From a virus: a stretch of 64,000 bases of DNA. The position numbers and the translations under genes are program-made. A model generated the notes under the pieces. That model did not search any database. It was not told where the DNA came from and saw only the letters and a list, made by a program, of their open reading frames with translations. Of this stretch, positions 39,931-49,834 are shown in pieces (positions within the stretch are counted from its first letter, which is position 1; each line of letters opens with the position of its first letter). The DNA is taken from positions 83,922-147,921 of IMG/VR virus record IMGVR_UViG_3300042868_003730. The stretch is one strand, 5' to 3'.

Positions 39931-40365
39931 ATGACACTCGATGAAATTCGAGAGCAGTGGGAAACTGACTGCTCAATAGACGACCTCCATCCTGACAAAG
40001 CATCAGCCACTAGTCCAAGTCTTCATGCGAAGTACCTTGGTGAGTTGATGAACTATAGACTCAAACTCACCAAAACGCAGTTTGAGTACAGCCAGCTGCG
40101 CGCCAAGAAGTCTAAGTATTTTCGTGGAGAAATGACTCGCGAAGAACTTGAAGAGAATGGCTGGGAGCAGTGGCAATACAAAACACTCAAGTCCGAAGTC
40201 GAGGCATTACTCGACGCCGACACACAGACTCAGACTATCCTTGCTCGAGTTGAGTATTTGAAATCCGTTATCTACTACTTGGAATCAGTTCTCGGTGAGA
40301 TTAGGTCAAGATCATTCCATGTGAAAAACATAATAACTTGGGCTCAGTTTAGGGCAGGCGCGTGA
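39931..40365 (+). CDS. uvsY: Recombination mediator UvsY
   Basis: WETDCSID...PSLHAKYL...SRSFHVKNII.W..F.AG. Confidence 0.9.
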   Translation: MTLDEIREQWETDCSIDDLHPDKASATSPSLHAKYLGELMNYRLKLTKTQFEYSQLRAKKSKYFRGEMTREELEENGWEQWQYKTLKSEVEALLDADTQTQTILARVEYLKSVIYYLESVLGEIRSRSFHVKNIITWAQFRAGA

Positions 40366-41876
40366 TTCGATTTATTGATTTTAATGAGACCCACATCAAG
40401 GTTCTCATCGATGATTTTGGCATTGAGCAGGAGATGTCAGACTTCTTCACGTTCTTCGCGCCTGGGTATAAGTTTCACCCGAAGGTAAAGGCGAAGATCT
40501 GGGATGGCAAAATCCGTATGCTCGATGCTCGCAGAAAGACCCTATACAAAGGGTTACTTGCGATCGCGATCAAATTTGTAAAAGATCGCGAGTATGAGTT
40601 CGAGATTGATAAGAGCCTAGACAATCGTACTGGTCTCAAAGAAGAAGATATCCGTGCCTACGTTGATTCCCTTCAACTGACTGCTCGCGGTGAGTTGCTT
40701 GAGGTAAGAGAGTACCAATACCAAGCAGTATACAAAACTCTAGAGACAAAGCGCAACCTGTTAATCTCACCGACGAGTTCTGGTAAGAGTGCGATTCTTT
40801 ACTGCAAAACTCGATACCACGTCGACAATAATCAGAGCGTGTTGCTAATTGTTCCGACGACAATGCTCGTAGAACAAATCTTCTCGGACTTCAAAGATTA
40901 CTCAACGAAAAATGGATGGGATGTTGAAGGTAATATCCAGCTGCTGTACTCCGGCAAAGAAAAGTTATTCCACAAGCCAATTATGATCAGCACGTGGCAG
41001 TCTATTACTGCTATGATGAAGAATGATCCGGATAACTTCTCGAACCTAACATCTAGCGTAGACGTAGCCCTATTCGATGAGGCGCATACTTACAAGGCAG
41101 CAGCAGTGCTAGCGACGATGGAAAAGTTTATCAAGACTGCTTGGAGAACTGGTACCACTGGAACTATTGATAACAACAAGATCAATGAACTAAGTCTTAT
41201 TGGATTGATGGGGCCAATCTATAAGGTCATCACGACGAAACAATTGATGGATGCGGGTCAGGTAACTACCCTAAAGATCAAAGCATTGATGCTACAACAC
41301 CCAGAAGAACTACGTAAGCAGCTGAAGGGTATGAAATATGCCGAAGAGATTGCGTATCTTGTTGGATGTCAGGAAAGAAATAAGTTTATTGTTAACTTAG
41401 CGAAAGCCTGCTCGGGTAACACTCTTATTCTATTCAACTTCGTGGAACGCCATGGAGCAGTTCTCAATGATATGATCTCCAAGAAACTGGATGGTTCTGG
41501 CAGGTCTATATACTTTGTACACGGTGGCACTGATGTTGAAGATCGAGAGAAGATTCGATTGACTGTTGAGAAAGAAGATGATTCGATTATTATTGCGACG
41601 TCATCTCTATTCAGCACTGGTATCAATATGCCATCGATTGCGAACATCATCTTTGCGGTGCCAACCAAGTCTACGATTAGAATTCGTCAGAGTATTGGTC
41701 GGGGATTACGCCTGAAGGATGGAAAGACTCACTGTAATTTGTTTGATATCGTGGATGACCTGAGTTGCAAGTCCTATATAAACACCACGATGCAGCATTT
41801 CCAGGAAAGAGTCAAGGTCTATGACTCAGAGCAGTTCGAATGGGAATTAGTAAAAGTTCCTCTAAAGACCCAGTAA
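40362..41876 (+). CDS. uvsW: RNA-DNA/DNA helicase UvsW
   Basis: WDGKIR, SPTSSGKS, DEAH, FSTGIN, QSIGRGLR. Confidence 0.95.
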   Translation: MIRFIDFNETHIKVLIDDFGIEQEMSDFFTFFAPGYKFHPKVKAKIWDGKIRMLDARRKTLYKGLLAIAIKFVKDREYEFEIDKSLDNRTGLKEEDIRAYVDSLQLTARGELLEVREYQYQAVYKTLETKRNLLISPTSSGKSAILYCKTRYHVDNNQSVLLIVPTTMLVEQIFSDFKDYSTKNGWDVEGNIQLLYSGKEKLFHKPIMISTWQSITAMMKNDPDNFSNLTSSVDVALFDEAHTYKAAAVLATMEKFIKTAWRTGTTGTIDNNKINELSLIGLMGPIYKVITTKQLMDAGQVTTLKIKALMLQHPEELRKQLKGMKYAEEIAYLVGCQERNKFIVNLAKACSGNTLILFNFVERHGAVLNDMISKKLDGSGRSIYFVHGGTDVEDREKIRLTVEKEDDSIIIATSSLFSTGINMPSIANIIFAVPTKSTIRIRQSIGRGLRLKDGKTHCNLFDIVDDLSCKSYINTTMQHFQERVKVYDSEQFEWELVKVPLKTQ

Positions 41877-41887
41877 TATCAACCCTG

Positions 41888-41930
41888 CAGTTGAATTATA
41901 CCTTGTAAAAAGCAAGTGTAAAATAAACTT
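41888..41930 (-). promoter_or_regulatory. Minus-strand sigma70-like promoter, antisense to uvsW
   Basis: On the - strand: TTTACA-16 bp-TATAAT (GGTATAAT), back-to-back with the gp55 promoter. Confidence 0.6.
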
Positions 41931-41948
41931 TACATCTAAACAATTTAT

Positions 41949-41976
41949 TTTACTTTCTGGCAGGAAAGGGTATACT
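41949..41976 (+). promoter_or_regulatory. Early/middle sigma70-like promoter for gp55
   Basis: TTTACT-16 bp-TATACT. Confidence 0.65.
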
Positions 41977-42002
41977 TGGTTGAGTTCCATAGGAGTACCT
42001 CA

Positions 42003-42575
42003 ATGCAAGACAATTCAATCAAGATCGTTCCACCAGTTGATGCAGACAATAAGAACCACTACGTAAACAACGTCAAGTTCTATGAAGAGATCAAGAAATA
42101 CAAAGAAGCATACGTAATCGCCAAAGAGGCAGGAACGGAACTTCCACGCATTAGTAACTACCTCGGTGAGTGTGTGTGGAAGATCGCGAAGGGTCTTGCA
42201 ATGAAACATAACTTCCGGAACTATTCATATCTTGAAGAAATGATCGGTGCAGGAGTTGAGACCTGTATCAAGAATATGCATTCATTCGACCCAGCAAAGT
42301 CTCAGAATCCTTTCTCATACTTTACTCAGGCTTGCTTCTATGCATATATCCACATTATTCAGAAAGAGAAGAAACAAAGCGCGATCAAGAAACGTCTAGT
42401 CCTTAGTTCAGCGATTGACACATATGAACTACAGAAGCATGATGAAGATGGTGAGTTCGCACTACCATTGATTGAATATCTTAATAGTCTTGGTGGTGAG
42501 GATGAACCAAAGAAGAAGTCAAAGGTAACTACGGAGGTAGGTGCTCTTGATCAATTCTTCGGAGAAAATAAATGA
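42003..42575 (+). CDS. 55: Late sigma factor gp55
   Basis: NHYVNN..F, NF.NYSYLEEMI, FDPAKSQNPFSYFTQ. AGGAG RBS before ATG 42003. Confidence 0.92.
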   Translation: MQDNSIKIVPPVDADNKNHYVNNVKFYEEIKKYKEAYVIAKEAGTELPRISNYLGECVWKIAKGLAMKHNFRNYSYLEEMIGAGVETCIKNMHSFDPAKSQNPFSYFTQACFYAYIHIIQKEKKQSAIKKRLVLSSAIDTYELQKHDEDGEFALPLIEYLNSLGGEDEPKKKSKVTTEVGALDQFFGENK

Positions 42576-43615
42576 AGTACGTACTTCTTGGTGATTGCCA
42601 CCTGGGAGCACGCAATGGCAGTTCACGATTCTCAAAGCACTTCAATAAATTCTTCACGGATGTTCTGTACCCATACATAATTCATAATGGCATTGATACG
42701 ATCATTCAGTTGGGTGATCTGTTTGATAATAGAACCAATCTTTCATACAAAGCATTCCACGCCTGTAAGGATCATTGGTTCGCTCCACTTGATAACATCG
42801 GTATTGAGATGCACGTGCTGCTAGGCAATCACGATATCTACCATAAGAACACTCTTGAGATCAATAGTCCAGAGTTACTCCTTGGTCAGTATGAGAATAT
42901 ACATGTTTACAATAAACCATTTACTATCTCTGAATTTGGTGAGCCAATTTTTGACCTAGTTCCTTGGATCTGCGCTGACAATGAAGTTGAGGTTCTTGAG
43001 TTCATTGGCAGAACAGACAGAGCCAAGTATTGCATTGGGCACTTTGAGATCGCTGGTTTCTCAATGTATCGTGGTGGCGAGATGCTATCGCATGGATTAT
43101 CTCCTGCACTCTTTGATGGCTATGACAGAATGTTCTCCGGACATTATCACCACAAATCAGAAAATGGAAATATCCTCTACACAGGAACTCCATACGAGAT
43201 CACCTGGAGTGACTTCGCTGATCCAAAGGGATTCCACGTAGTAGATACAGATAAAAATACCGTGGAGTTTATTGAAAATCCATTTACTATATTCAGTCGT
43301 GTAGTGTATAATAATGGTTGGTCAGGTGATATCTCTTCTCTTTCCGAAAAGATTGTTAAGTTAGTTGTTCAGGAGAAGAAAGATCTTTTCCTTTATGATC
43401 GTTTCGTAGACAGTCTTAAATTAGCTGGCGTATATGAGTTGGCTATCATTGAGAATCTCGATGAGTTCAAGGATGGCGAAGTAGATGAGAATATTGACCT
43501 CGAAGATTCCAATGCTATTATTGAGAATTACATCGATGGTATCACGACCAATCTCAATAAAGATAAAATCAAAACATATATGCGTTCACTATACAATGAA
43601 GCACTTACCCTATGA
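42572..43615 (+). CDS. 47: Recombination endonuclease gp47 (Mre11/SbcD-like)
   Basis: GDCHLG, LGDLFD, GNHD, SGHYH metallophosphoesterase motifs. Confidence 0.95.
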   Translation: MKYVLLGDCHLGARNGSSRFSKHFNKFFTDVLYPYIIHNGIDTIIQLGDLFDNRTNLSYKAFHACKDHWFAPLDNIGIEMHVLLGNHDIYHKNTLEINSPELLLGQYENIHVYNKPFTISEFGEPIFDLVPWICADNEVEVLEFIGRTDRAKYCIGHFEIAGFSMYRGGEMLSHGLSPALFDGYDRMFSGHYHHKSENGNILYTGTPYEITWSDFADPKGFHVVDTDKNTVEFIENPFTIFSRVVYNNGWSGDISSLSEKIVKLVVQEKKDLFLYDRFVDSLKLAGVYELAIIENLDEFKDGEVDENIDLEDSNAIIENYIDGITTNLNKDKIKTYMRSLYNEALTL

Positions 43616-45297
43616 TCGTATTCAAAACAGTTAGTGTAAAGAACTTTCTTAGTTATGGAAACTACGATACTAAGTGGTTTCTTGATAAACATAACAGCAC
43701 TCTTATCGTAGGCAGGAATGGTCATGGTAAGAGTGTTCTCTTGGACGCAGTGTGTTTCGGTCTCTTTGGTAAACCATACCGCAATATCAATAAACCGCAA
43801 TTGGTTAACTCAATCAACCAGAAAGCCTGTGTTGTTGAATTAGAGTTGATCGTCAATGGCGTTGAGTACAAGATCATTCGTGGTATGAAGCCGAATGTCT
43901 TTGACGTATACTGTCAAGGCAAGATGCTAGACCAGGAAGCAGCGATGCGAGATATGCAGACGTATCTTGAGCAGCAGGTTTTGAAACTAAACTTCAAGAC
44001 ATTCTGTCAGGTAGTTATCCTTGGCTCAGCTTCGTATACTCCATTTATGCAACTTCCTGCTTATCAGCGCCGAGAGGTAGTTGAGGATGTTCTGGATATC
44101 GGCATCTTTAGTAAGATGAATGGTTTGTTGAAGGATCGAATAGCAGGCACCAAGGAAGAACTTCGCATCATTGAAGTTAAAGTTGACGCAGCAAAAAGAG
44201 AAGCGCAGGCACAGAAACGTATTATTGAATTGATCGAGAAGAATAAGACTTCGCGTATCTCTGAGATCAATGGTGAACTAACAACACTACAGGAAGAACT
44301 GGGTGTAGTAATGAGTTCGCTATCTGATCAGCAAGTACCAGACTACGTTTCAGCGAAGGCTCTGCGCGAAAGATATATTGCCATTGTTGATAGCATCGAT
44401 GAACTAAAGGCAACTGCTACACAACTAAAGACTAGGCTTGCGAGACTTGAGAGTCTTGAAGAATGCCCTACTTGCATTCAAGGAATCTCTCATGATCACA
44501 AGACAACTATCAAGACCAAGTTTGAGGAAGAATGTGAACAGATTGATCAGAATCTCAATGAACAATATCCATCATTGAAAGAAGTCGGTGGTCTCTTGCA
44601 AGCAGCAGAAAAAGAGCAGGGTAATTATGAAACAACAAAGGAAACTCTAACTCAGAGTAAGTCTGATCTAATCAAGTCGATCAAAGGCAAACAGGATCAG
44701 ATCGAAAAGATCAAAGAAGATTCTGGTGACGTAGATACTGAGAAAGAGAAGATGAAGGCAATCGCCGCTGAGGCATTACAGTTCATCTCGCGTAAGAATG
44801 AGTTGTCAGAAGAAAAGCAACTGCAGGAAGTTTCGCAAGTTCTGCTGAAAGATAATGGTATCAAGACCGCTATCATTCGTGAGTACCTTCCTGTGCTCAA
44901 CAAACTCATCAACAAGTATCTGACTGTGTTTGACTTCTTTGTCAACTTCAATCTTGATGAATCATTCAATGAAGTAATCAAGAGTCGAGGTCGGGATGAG
45001 TTTAGTTATGCAAGTTTCTCTGAAGGTGAGAAGAAACGAATCGACCTGGCTATCCTGTTGGCTTTCCGCCAGGTCGCTGCTATGAAGAATAGCGCAAAGG
45101 TAAATCTCCTGATCTTCGACGAAGTACAGGATAGTTCTTTGGATCTGGATGCTCGTGCCAAATTCAATGATTTGTTGGACTCTATGGCTGGTTCAAATGT
45201 GTTTGTTATCTCACATACTGACACTAGCCCTGATGCCTATGATGCTGTGATCAAAGTAGAGAAACGTGGTGATTTTAGTCAATATGAATATGTTTAA
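43612..45297 (+). CDS. 46: Recombination ATPase gp46 (Rad50/SbcC-like)
   Basis: GRNGHGKS, CPTC zinc hook, FSEGEK, LIFDE. Confidence 0.95.
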   Translation: MIVFKTVSVKNFLSYGNYDTKWFLDKHNSTLIVGRNGHGKSVLLDAVCFGLFGKPYRNINKPQLVNSINQKACVVELELIVNGVEYKIIRGMKPNVFDVYCQGKMLDQEAAMRDMQTYLEQQVLKLNFKTFCQVVILGSASYTPFMQLPAYQRREVVEDVLDIGIFSKMNGLLKDRIAGTKEELRIIEVKVDAAKREAQAQKRIIELIEKNKTSRISEINGELTTLQEELGVVMSSLSDQQVPDYVSAKALRERYIAIVDSIDELKATATQLKTRLARLESLEECPTCIQGISHDHKTTIKTKFEEECEQIDQNLNEQYPSLKEVGGLLQAAEKEQGNYETTKETLTQSKSDLIKSIKGKQDQIEKIKEDSGDVDTEKEKMKAIAAEALQFISRKNELSEEKQLQEVSQVLLKDNGIKTAIIREYLPVLNKLINKYLTVFDFFVNFNLDESFNEVIKSRGRDEFSYASFSEGEKKRIDLAILLAFRQVAAMKNSAKVNLLIFDEVQDSSLDLDARAKFNDLLDSMAGSNVFVISHTDTSPDAYDAVIKVEKRGDFSQYEYV

Positions 45298-45302
45298 GGA
45301 GA

Positions 45303-45524
45303 ATGATTATGCAAGTACAAGGAAATGAAGATGGATATGCTCTGACTGGGATGAGTATGATTCATCTTGAACTTATTACTTCTTTACTTTATCGAGTTCG
45401 GCTTGGTGAGAGCGAGACTAAGATCGCTGCCTATGAACTTCTACAGGTGCTGGAAGAGTTTAAAGTACTCCCAGTGTCCTGTTCCCATGAGTGGCCAGAA
45501 GATCATTGCACTATCGAAGTCTGA
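45303..45524 (+). CDS. Hypothetical protein
   Basis: 73 aa with AAGGAG RBS. Confidence 0.5.
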   Translation: MIMQVQGNEDGYALTGMSMIHLELITSLLYRVRLGESETKIAAYELLQVLEEFKVLPVSCSHEWPEDHCTIEV

Positions 45525-45525
45525 C

Positions 45526-45554
45526 TTTACTTTTATTCAACTTCGAGGTATAAT
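45526..45554 (+). promoter_or_regulatory. Early promoter
   Basis: TTTACT-17 bp-TATAAT. Near-duplicate at 47657. Confidence 0.8.
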
Positions 45555-45581
45555 AACTTATCGAAAGTTGAAAGGAAAGAA

Positions 45582-47660
45582 TTGGAAGCGAAATCGTTAG
45601 ACCTCTTGAGCAAACTGATGGCCAACGAGAACATCACTGTTCTGCGCCAGAAAGTTCAGACAGCCTCTTTTGACCTGAAGAGCAGAACTCTCAGGTTGCC
45701 GACCCTCGTTGGAATGTCTCCTGCCGAAGAAACGGTAATGGAATTCCACGAGGTCGGGCATGCTCTGTTTACTGGCGAAGAGTACATAAATCTGGCCAAG
45801 AAACAAGAGAAAAAGAACTTCAGCTCCTACATGAACGTCCTCGAGGATGTGCGTATCGAGCGACTGATGAAGCAACAGTATCCTGGTTGCCGCAAGGACT
45901 TCTTTGCTGGCTACAAGGTGCTCAACGAGCGTGACTTCTTTGGCACTGCCAATCGCGATCTCAATGAGTATGGGATCATCGACCGCATCAACCTGCACTT
46001 CAAGGTAGGGTTCTCCTGTGGCGTAAAATTCACTAAGGAAGAGCGTGTATTCCTGACTGCTGCAGAAAACGCAGAGACTGTCGAGGACGTGTATGACCTC
46101 GCCCTGCGTATCTATGACTACGCAGCTACTGAGAAGAACAAAAAACAAGAAGAACAGGGTAACGACATCGAGTTCGGTGAAGGTGACTCAGATGAGTTCG
46201 GCGACGAAGAATATGATTTTGACTTCGACGACGATATGGTAGAGGAAGAAGACGCTGAGGACGCCGACCTGCCTCCGATGGATGATGGAGTCAATGAGGA
46301 GAAGGACGAAGAAGAAGCAGATGATGAAGACACTGCTCCTGCTCCTCAGACGCAGGACAGGTTCAATGAGAAGGTTCAGGCGAACACCAACGTTAATGGC
46401 TGGGACTTCATCTATATCGAACCAAAGAACTACTATGTGCCGAAGTTCATTGGGTACAAAGACATTGTGGCTGAATTCCGTGCTGCTGACTTCGGTGGTA
46501 TTGAGATGAGTTCATATCGGAAAGAGCAGTACGTAAAGTTCCGTGCTGCTAACCAGAAGTCTGTCTCGCACCTTGTTAAGGAATTCGAGATGCGTAAGGC
46601 TGCTCAGCGTTACTCGCGTACGCAGGTTGCCCAGACTGGTTCGTTGTCTATGAGCAAACTACACCAGTACAAGACCAGCGAAGATCTGTTCCGTAAACTG
46701 GACGTAATCACCGATGACAAGAACCACTCTTTCCTGATGCTTCTGGACTGGTCTGGTTCTATGCAGAACTACCTGCAGGATTCGTTGGGTCAGGTTATTA
46801 CTCTGGCATCATTCTGCCGCCGAGTGAACATTCCTTTCCAGGTCTGCGCATTCAGTGACTCTAGGAATGCAGATATTACCTACAATGAGAACAGCTTCGG
46901 GAAGTATAACGATGCAGTGAATGAGCCAGGTCAATTCGGTGTGATCAACGGAGATATGATCAATATTCTGAATTTCCTCGATTCGAAGATGAGCAACTCA
47001 GAATTTGATTTTGTTTGCGAAATGCTGTATACGTTTCGGTTTACGCAGTTCGCTGACTCTGCTCTGTCATTCAAGTATCGCCTCGGTGGTACTCCATTGA
47101 TCGAGTCAATTGCCTGGTTGTATGACTACATCGATGAGTTCAAGAAGAACACCAAGGCAGAGAAGATGACTGTGATTACGGTGACCGATGGCGAAGGTCA
47201 AGGTATTTCGTATAAGACTACTGATGCTACTTATTCGATGAAGAAGATGCTGCGTTGCCCTAAGACTGGTCGTGTGTATGCCTGCAATCATCGCACTGAG
47301 ACTCAGGGCAATATGATGGATATGATCAAGTATGCCAATCCAGATGTTCGATTCATTGGTTTCTTCATCGCTGGTGGTATCAAGAATGTTCGGAGCTTCA
47401 ACTATCAGAATAACATGAAAGTTTCGGATCCTGCAGTAGTTATGCGTAAAATGAACAAAGACTACTTCTTTGAGTATCCTTCGACTGGTTACCATAAAAT
47501 GTACATTATTCCCTCGCAGACTGGGAATATGGAGTTCAATACCCATGGGATTGACAAGGATATGTCTGCAGCGAGGATTGCGAAGTCTTTCAGCTCGTCT
47601 ATGACGTCGATTATCAAGAGTCGGGTCGTTCTGACGAAATTCATCTCCGAAATTGCTTGA
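45582..47660 (+). CDS. CobT-like protein: N-terminal HExxH metallopeptidase-like domain, acidic linker, VWA domain
   Basis: HEVGH, NVLEDVRIE, D/E-rich linker, MIDAS DWSGS...GGTP...TDGE. TTG start with AAGGA RBS. Confidence 0.8.
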   Translation: MEAKSLDLLSKLMANENITVLRQKVQTASFDLKSRTLRLPTLVGMSPAEETVMEFHEVGHALFTGEEYINLAKKQEKKNFSSYMNVLEDVRIERLMKQQYPGCRKDFFAGYKVLNERDFFGTANRDLNEYGIIDRINLHFKVGFSCGVKFTKEERVFLTAAENAETVEDVYDLALRIYDYAATEKNKKQEEQGNDIEFGEGDSDEFGDEEYDFDFDDDMVEEEDAEDADLPPMDDGVNEEKDEEEADDEDTAPAPQTQDRFNEKVQANTNVNGWDFIYIEPKNYYVPKFIGYKDIVAEFRAADFGGIEMSSYRKEQYVKFRAANQKSVSHLVKEFEMRKAAQRYSRTQVAQTGSLSMSKLHQYKTSEDLFRKLDVITDDKNHSFLMLLDWSGSMQNYLQDSLGQVITLASFCRRVNIPFQVCAFSDSRNADITYNENSFGKYNDAVNEPGQFGVINGDMINILNFLDSKMSNSEFDFVCEMLYTFRFTQFADSALSFKYRLGGTPLIESIAWLYDYIDEFKKNTKAEKMTVITVTDGEGQGISYKTTDATYSMKKMLRCPKTGRVYACNHRTETQGNMMDMIKYANPDVRFIGFFIAGGIKNVRSFNYQNNMKVSDPAVVMRKMNKDYFFEYPSTGYHKMYIIPSQTGNMEFNTHGIDKDMSAARIAKSFSSSMTSIIKSRVVLTKFISEIA

Positions 47661-47685
47661 CTTTTATTCAGTTTCGAGGTATAAT
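47657..47685 (+). promoter_or_regulatory. Early promoter
   Basis: TTGACT-17 bp-TATAAT. The -35 overlaps the upstream stop codon. Confidence 0.8.
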
Positions 47686-47713
47686 AACTTATCGAAACGG
47701 AAAGGAAAGAAAA

Positions 47714-47872
47714 ATGGAATACCAAGAGTTTGTTGTCTACGGTGATCATTGCTTGGCTGAGTTGGCTCTGTATGACTATAGCCTGGATCATCCAGACAGC
47801 TACAAGGATGCGAATCCTACTGCGGAACTTCATGGTTTCTTTCCTGCCTTTGTAGGCTATGACCTTGCTTGA
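47714..47872 (+). CDS. Small early protein (52 aa)
   Basis: Has its own promoter and AAGGA RBS. MEYQEFVVYGDHCLAE... Confidence 0.6.
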   Translation: MEYQEFVVYGDHCLAELALYDYSLDHPDSYKDANPTAELHGFFPAFVGYDLA

Positions 47873-47897
47873 CTTTTATTTGAAGTTCAGGTATAAT
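47869..47897 (+). promoter_or_regulatory. Early promoter
   Basis: TTGACT-17 bp-TATAAT. Confidence 0.8.
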
Positions 47898-47929
47898 ATA
47901 TTATTGTTTATTTTGTGATGGAGTTTAAT

Positions 47930-49129
47930 ATGTGGCTTTCCCGATTCAATTCTCAAGAATTTGAGATTATCCGTAAGATGCGCCAGCTGGATACGGTGTT
48001 CTCTGAGACTGGCGAGTTCAAGCCAGCTCTGATCAAGACTGCGTGCGACGCTCTGGGTGTTCCCCCGAAGTGGTCTATTCGTGACAAGAGTCAACCTGTT
48101 AGCCGTGGAGTGTATCTTATGCATGGTGATAGTTCTGAGAATGCTGTGAAGCAATCTGAGCCAGAAGCAGCTCCTGCTATGATGGCTGCGGTCGAACGTA
48201 AGGTCGTTCCGTTCAAGCAGTCAGCTGTGCGTCAAACCCTGGTCGGCGCAGTCCCTCCAGTAGATCCTAAGTATGTTCCATTCGGTAATTACAAGAATAT
48301 TGAGAAGATCATCAAGTCGCGGAAATTCTTCCCTGTCTTGGTGACTGGTCATAGCGGCAATGGTAAGTCTACTACCATTATGCAAATTCACGCTAAGAAT
48401 GATATGCCTATCATTCGGCTGAATATGACCAAGCGCACCGATGAGGAAGTACTTATCGGTAGCAAGACCCTCGTAGATGGTAACGTCGTAGTTATCGAGG
48501 GTCCGATCCTGATCGCTATGCGTCAGGGTTGCACTGTGTTGCTCGATGAGGTGGATGCCGCTGAGAGCAATACGATTATGTGCCTCCAGTCTATCCTGGA
48601 AGGTAAGCCATACTACTTCGCTGCGATCGGCGAGTATATCAAACCAGAAGTTGGTTTTAACATTATCATGACTGCTAATACCAAGGGTCAGGGTTCAGAG
48701 GATGGTCGGTACATCGGTACCCAGATCCTGAACGAAGCCTTCCTTGAGCGAATCGCCTTTACCTTCGAGCAGGAGTTTCCTTCTCCTGCTGTTGAGAAGA
48801 AGATCGTGATGAACATCATGGAGGAGAATGGATGTGTTGATGAAAAATTCGCCGAAGAACTCGTCAAGTGGGCTGATGCGATTCGTCGGTCTTTCGCTGA
48901 TGGTGCTGTTGACAGTCTTATTGCTACTCGCCGTCTTGAGCATATCGTTCGCGGGTTTTCTCTGTTCAAAGATAAGAAGAAAGCAGTCGAGCTGGCAGTG
49001 AATCGTTTTGATTCTATGACCAAGCAGGCATTCTTCGAACTCTTCGATAAGATTAGTTCTGAGGATGTGGTTCCTGTAGTTTGTGCTGCTATTGACAGTG
49101 ATGTTGACCTTGACGCTCCTCCATTCTAA
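47930..49129 (+). CDS. CobS-like / MoxR-family AAA+ ATPase
   Basis: GHSGNGKS, LLDEVD, TANTKGQGSEDGRYIGTQILNEAFLER, TRRL. Confidence 0.85.
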   Translation: MWLSRFNSQEFEIIRKMRQLDTVFSETGEFKPALIKTACDALGVPPKWSIRDKSQPVSRGVYLMHGDSSENAVKQSEPEAAPAMMAAVERKVVPFKQSAVRQTLVGAVPPVDPKYVPFGNYKNIEKIIKSRKFFPVLVTGHSGNGKSTTIMQIHAKNDMPIIRLNMTKRTDEEVLIGSKTLVDGNVVVIEGPILIAMRQGCTVLLDEVDAAESNTIMCLQSILEGKPYYFAAIGEYIKPEVGFNIIMTANTKGQGSEDGRYIGTQILNEAFLERIAFTFEQEFPSPAVEKKIVMNIMEENGCVDEKFAEELVKWADAIRRSFADGAVDSLIATRRLEHIVRGFSLFKDKKKAVELAVNRFDSMTKQAFFELFDKISSEDVVPVVCAAIDSDVDLDAPPF

Positions 49130-49131
49130 TC

Positions 49132-49455
49132 ATGCTTACATTTAACGATCTCTCCACTGCCCAAAAGAAATGGGTGTATATCGTGAATCACTTCCACCCA
49201 GAGGTGACTACTGAGATTACATTCAAGCAGATCAATGACTTCCATGAGGAGTTTATGGCTCTTCGCCAGAAAGATAAGAAGTATAAGGTCGGTCTCCCAC
49301 TCTGGTTGATTGGTCACAATACGATTCGTCGTGGTGTTTACTTCTTTCCTGCTGAGGCAAATACATTGGCTCCTGCTTCCTCGAGACCAGTTCCCGTGAA
49401 GACTGCTCTGCTCGAAGAATTTAAGCAGGAATTGATTAAATACGGTATAAAATAA
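49132..49455 (+). CDS. Hypothetical protein
   Basis: 107 aa. Its segment ending RRGVYFFP loosely resembles the N-terminus of the upstream ATPase (SRGVYLM). Confidence 0.55.
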   Translation: MLTFNDLSTAQKKWVYIVNHFHPEVTTEITFKQINDFHEEFMALRQKDKKYKVGLPLWLIGHNTIRRGVYFFPAEANTLAPASSRPVPVKTALLEEFKQELIKYGIK

Positions 49456-49456
49456 T

Positions 49457-49485
49457 TTTACTTATAAAGTAAACCACGCTATACT
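49457..49485 (+). promoter_or_regulatory. Early/middle promoter
   Basis: TTTACT-17 bp-TATACT. Confidence 0.65.
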
Positions 49486-49563
49486 ATATCTTTGGTTGAG
49501 TAAGGTGTTCGGGCTTACTCTGTTAAAACCATTATCTCCCGAAAATTTTTGATTGGAAATTTT

Positions 49564-49818
49564 ATGACTAAAGCAAAGACCCCTAAGACCAAGACCGAAC
49601 AACTCCTGACCGCACTTCGCTCGGGCAAGGAACTGTCGGCAAAGGAAATCCAAAAGAAGTTTGGTTTCGCCAACCCATACCGCGCCATTGGTTATCTGCG
49701 TGAGAAGCGTGTCGCAGTGTTCAGTGATCCTGTTCCTATGCGCGATGGCACGACTGTCACCAAGTATAGCATCGGCGTTCCAACGAAGGCAATGCTCGCT
49801 ATGGGTTTCACGCAGTAA
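49564..49818 (+). CDS. Small basic winged-HTH DNA-binding protein
   Basis: QLLTALRSGKELSAKEIQKKFGFANPYRAIGYLRE. Confidence 0.65.
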   Translation: MTKAKTPKTKTEQLLTALRSGKELSAKEIQKKFGFANPYRAIGYLREKRVAVFSDPVPMRDGTTVTKYSIGVPTKAMLAMGFTQ

Positions 49819-49834
49819 TTGAAGGGAAGCAACG

